Shown piece after piece: positions 15,011 through 17,948 of a DNA stretch of 17,948 nt (the first letter of the stretch is position 1; the number at the start of each line of letters is the position of its first letter). Origin of the DNA: Elusimicrobiales bacterium (GTDB lineage Bacteria; Elusimicrobiota; Elusimicrobia; Elusimicrobiales; UBA9959); NCBI GenBank assembly GCA_049972095.1, contig JBMFKQ010000030.1:1-17948 (forward strand), in the 5' to 3' direction. The translations under genes and the position numbers were made by a program. The notes under the pieces were generated by a model. The model saw nothing but the letters and a program-made list of their open reading frames with translations. It was not told the DNA's origin and did not search any database.

Positions 15011-16330
15011 ATGAAACTCTGCATGACCTTCTTTTCCATCATTTTAGTTACTTTTGCATCAAATATATCATCCAAGGATTTTTTATTCACCTATCCGGGA
15101 ATGAGAGCAAACTCTGTGGGAAGTGCCTTTTCATCCATAGCTGATGACCCTTATACCATATTTTACAACCCGGCAGGTCTAAACCTCCTCAAAGACTGGC
15201 AGGTTTCATCAACTCTTAATAGAAAGCTTTCTAAAAAAAACCTTGGAGAGTTTTCTTTAGCATATGTAAAGCCATTGCCAGAGATTAACAACGCTATCTT
15301 TGGATTTGGATATGATGGGATAAGACAATCATCAGAAGGGGAAATGGACAACTATATATTCTCCTACTCAAACCAGAAAACATATAAATACCTTCAGATG
15401 CCAGTTCTCTACGGCATAAGCTTAAGAATAACAAGCATAAGATATCCTTACAAATCACATCTTGGTATAGGATTTGATGCCGGAGGGCTTGTAAGATCTA
15501 TCAACGGTTATCGACTATCACTTGTTCTTTCTAAATTTATGTTTGGAATGGGTAAAAAGATAACAACACTTACATCCGGCATATCATATGATTATCATAA
15601 CACAACATTCGCAGCAGAGATAAGAATAACCGCAGACTATGCAGAGATCTTCTATGGTTTTGAGACAAAATTTAATGAGGATTTAATGAGGATAAGGGCA
15701 GGTAAGGGAGTAAATCTTGATGGAAGAGATTTTATAATGCTTGGAGCCGGCTTTAACTTTGATCCTGTGATAATAGATATAGGATTCTCTTATCCATATA
15801 AAGGATTACACCTCAATGCCGGAGATTATGGCTTTACACTTACATATAAATTCACAGGACCAACATATCACGAGCGAATGTATTCACAAGCATCTCAGAA
15901 GGTTAGGGATCTCTCACTCAGATCCAGCTCACTTAAAGAGGAGATAAACATTCTTGAGAAAGAGACAAAAAATCTTCAATCACAAAAAAACAACCTTGAA
16001 ACTGACCTTACAATAATGAACACTAAACTTATTGAGCTTAAAGAGGAGATAAGAAAAAAGGAGAATGAGCTTGCGGATCTTGAATATCTTAAAACAAAAA
16101 AAGCTCAAAAAGAAGAGAAAGAATCAAAGCCAGTTATAAAAGAAGAGAGATGGCCAAAGCTTCACAAGGTTGAGAAGGGAGATACTTTAAGGTCAATATC
16201 ATCAAAATATTACGGCACACCATCTATGTGGAAGCTTATATATGAGGAAAACGAGGATAAGATAATAAGAGGACTTCCAAAAGAGGATGAGATATTGGTA
16301 ATACCTCCTCCTAAAAAGAAATATGAATAA
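15011..16330 (+). CDS. Outer-membrane beta-barrel (PorV/PorP/FadL-like) fused to coiled coil and C-terminal LysM domain
   Basis: Signal peptide; PGMRANSVGSAFSSIADDPYTIFYNPAGL (PorV/FadL-like N-terminal signature); alternating beta-strands ending YGFTLTYKF (~aa 281); heptad region ~aa 290-370; LysM HKVEKGDTLRSISSKYYG...IYEEN...LVIP (~aa 385-432). Confidence 0.82.
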   Translation: MKLCMTFFSIILVTFASNISSKDFLFTYPGMRANSVGSAFSSIADDPYTIFYNPAGLNLLKDWQVSSTLNRKLSKKNLGEFSLAYVKPLPEINNAIFGFGYDGIRQSSEGEMDNYIFSYSNQKTYKYLQMPVLYGISLRITSIRYPYKSHLGIGFDAGGLVRSINGYRLSLVLSKFMFGMGKKITTLTSGISYDYHNTTFAAEIRITADYAEIFYGFETKFNEDLMRIRAGKGVNLDGRDFIMLGAGFNFDPVIIDIGFSYPYKGLHLNAGDYGFTLTYKFTGPTYHERMYSQASQKVRDLSLRSSSLKEEINILEKETKNLQSQKNNLETDLTIMNTKLIELKEEIRKKENELADLEYLKTKKAQKEEKESKPVIKEERWPKLHKVEKGDTLRSISSKYYGTPSMWKLIYEENEDKIIRGLPKEDEILVIPPPKKKYE

Positions 16331-17447
16331 AGACATAATAGTAATTTCAGCAAGAGAGGAGAATATAAAAAAGATGAAGACAATTCTAGATCTGTGCGGA
16401 TATAAAGGATATTTTGCCAGCGATCTCAATGATGTATTCAGTATAACAGAAAAGTTTGTTCCTCTAAGCATAGTCATAGTTGAAGAGGAAGAGGCAAAAA
16501 CAGAGATTTTCTTAAAAGAAATAAAAAGATACATGTCACTAATACCAGTTATTATAATGATGAGCGAAAAAGATCACATAAAAAGGGAGAAATATATCTC
16601 TATTGGCGCAAACATAGTTATAGAGTTTCCATGGAGTGATGTCGATTTTGCAAAAAAGATAGAAATGCTTGAGATAAAAAACATAGAAGTAGAGAATAGA
16701 CAGAAAGAAAGTAAAAAAAGGATAAAAAATCAGGCAATTGTATTATCAATTTTCTTATTCATTTTTGTATTGGCACTAATAATTCCAGTTAAATTTCTAT
16801 CAAAAACCAAAGAGGTAGCAAAAAAGGATTTTTTCTCAATCCCATCAACATCAATCTCTGGGTTTATAAAAAAGGATAACAAACTCTATGTATATGACTG
16901 GGTCATTCAGTCATTTTATGTCTTTGACTATCAGACAAAGGAACTTATAGAAACAAAAAAATTTTTCACCCCGTATATAATAACACTAATAAAAGACACA
17001 ACAGCCAATTTTTTCTTTGCCATTACAGATTCCGGAGAAATAAAAAAATTTCTAAAAGATAACAGATTTACAGAGTTCTCATCTACATTATATCCATATG
17101 CAAAAGATCTCTGCTATGATGGTATGTATGTTTGGATAGCTAACGATGAATATCTCATAAAGGCTTTAAACAATGATCTTTTAACCCCTGTTGAAAGATA
17201 TCCATTAAAGCAGGAGCTTTCAAAAATCCAGCATATAGCCTGTGCCAAAAACAATATTTATTATTATATCAACAATACCTTAATAAAAACAGAAGAAAAA
17301 AGACCTTTTGATAAAATATCAAAGATAAGTCTTCCTTATAGAATACTATTCATCGACTTAATGTCAGATGAAAAGATAGCATACATAAAACAGGATAAAG
17401 AGAAAAGCCAACTTTTTGAAATCGAAATAAGACACTTATTAGATTAG
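16323..17447 (+). CDS. Bitopic membrane protein: degenerate receiver-like domain, one TM, extracytoplasmic beta-rich (propeller-like) domain
   Basis: aa 1-116 follow receiver secondary-structure pattern (IIVIS...GY...PLSIVI...IPVIIM...GANIVIEFP) without the canonical Asp/Lys; KKRIK then TM AIVLSIFLFIFVLALIIPV; LYVYDW and DLCYDGMYVWIA blade-like motifs; overlaps upstream gene by 8 bp. Confidence 0.7.
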   Translation: MNKDIIVISAREENIKKMKTILDLCGYKGYFASDLNDVFSITEKFVPLSIVIVEEEEAKTEIFLKEIKRYMSLIPVIIMMSEKDHIKREKYISIGANIVIEFPWSDVDFAKKIEMLEIKNIEVENRQKESKKRIKNQAIVLSIFLFIFVLALIIPVKFLSKTKEVAKKDFFSIPSTSISGFIKKDNKLYVYDWVIQSFYVFDYQTKELIETKKFFTPYIITLIKDTTANFFFAITDSGEIKKFLKDNRFTEFSSTLYPYAKDLCYDGMYVWIANDEYLIKALNNDLLTPVERYPLKQELSKIQHIACAKNNIYYYINNTLIKTEEKRPFDKISKISLPYRILFIDLMSDEKIAYIKQDKEKSQLFEIEIRHLLD

Positions 17448-17948
17448 GAGTTTTTCTCTCTTTCAAACTTCTCTATTATTTTTTCTTTATCTAATATCTC
17501 TTCGTAAAGTATCTCGATCTTTCTATTCATCTCATCAACCGTTTCAATAAGTGTCGCCTTATCTCTGAGAGCAGTATTAAGAGCCTGTTTTTTATCTTCA
17601 ATCTCTTGTTTAAGGGCATCTATAGTTGTTTGCATATCCGAAATCTTTTGAGTAAGGCTCAGTTTCTCCTCTTCAAGGCTGGCGATCCTTTCCTTAAAGT
17701 TATCTGCGGTCTGAGAAAGTTTTAAAGAAAGATCCTCTATAATCTTCTCCATCTCCTTATTTTTCTCAGATACCTCCTTAATCTGCTTCTCCCTCAAACC
17801 AACCTCACTCCTAAGCTCAGCTATTATAATATCCTTCCTCGAAAGCTCTTCATCCTTAACACTTAACTCACCCTTAACCCTCTCATACTCTTCATTCAAA
17901 CCCTTCATCCCCACCTCAAGCTCCTCTATCCTCCTCTTAAATCCCTCC
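17444..17948 (-). CDS. 3' fragment of a long coiled-coil protein; start lies beyond the right edge
   Basis: Frame remains open upstream of the track's GTG 17914 to the edge (EGFKRRIEELEVGMKGL...); E/K-rich heptads, no Pro; stop overlaps stop of the convergent gene by 4 bp. Confidence 0.85.
   Translation of the reverse strand, partial: EGFKRRIEELEVGMKGLNEEYERVKGELSVKDEELSRKDIIIAELRSEVGLREKQIKEVSEKNKEMEKIIEDLSLKLSQTADNFKERIASLEEEKLSLTQKISDMQTTIDALKQEIEDKKQALNTALRDKATLIETVDEMNRKIEILYEEILDKEKIIEKFEREKNS

Noticed and set aside
15011..15853. Type IX secretion system inferred from the PorV/PorP-like barrel
   Set aside because: No other T9SS components in the window; this barrel family occurs outside T9SS and here carries a LysM tail.
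2154..16534. Short alternative-frame/antisense ORFs in the track (2154-2429, 3650-3976, 4540-4779, 5509-5703, 5771-5974, 5931-6131, 6732-6953, 7112-7333, 10050-10235, 10168-10356, 10713-11162, 12379-12813, 12464-12697, 13331-13528, 14409-14591, 15163-15351, 16202-16534)
   Set aside because: All lie within or opposite well-supported genes and show no recognisable motifs; typical shadow ORFs.
1..17948. CRISPR array, tRNA/rRNA, transposase, prophage or anti-phage defence system
   Set aside because: No regularly spaced repeats, cloverleaf/rRNA signatures or such protein motifs seen; window is almost entirely housekeeping/envelope CDS.

Overview
AT-rich, densely coded chromosomal segment of a diderm (Kdo/LPS-making) bacterium; gene style is compatible with Elusimicrobiota (inference, unverified). 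No rRNA/tRNA, CRISPR, transposase or phage genes are recognisable. Left to right: 5' part of a His-rich coiled-coil gene (runs off the left edge), a DUF2723/TMEM260-like GT-C glycosyltransferase with TPRs, a thimet-oligopeptidase-like M3 peptidase, then a long minus-strand run (in transcription order: amidase, single-domain receiver, dut, kdsC, ccdA, pyrF, pyrE, P5C dehydrogenase, soluble PAS histidine kinase, a nested palindromic element, CpXC protein, short class II tRNA nucleotidyltransferase). Divergent from the amidase, across a 20-bp symmetric TATTATAATA promoter predicted to give two leaderless mRNAs, are a PorV/FadL-like beta-barrel + coiled coil + LysM protein and a pseudo-receiver + TM + extracytoplasmic-domain protein. 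This trio is the best candidate for an undescribed system (outer membrane-peptidoglycan tether co-regulated with a wall hydrolase). The 3' part of a coiled-coil gene enters from the right edge and is in frame with the fragment at the left edge.
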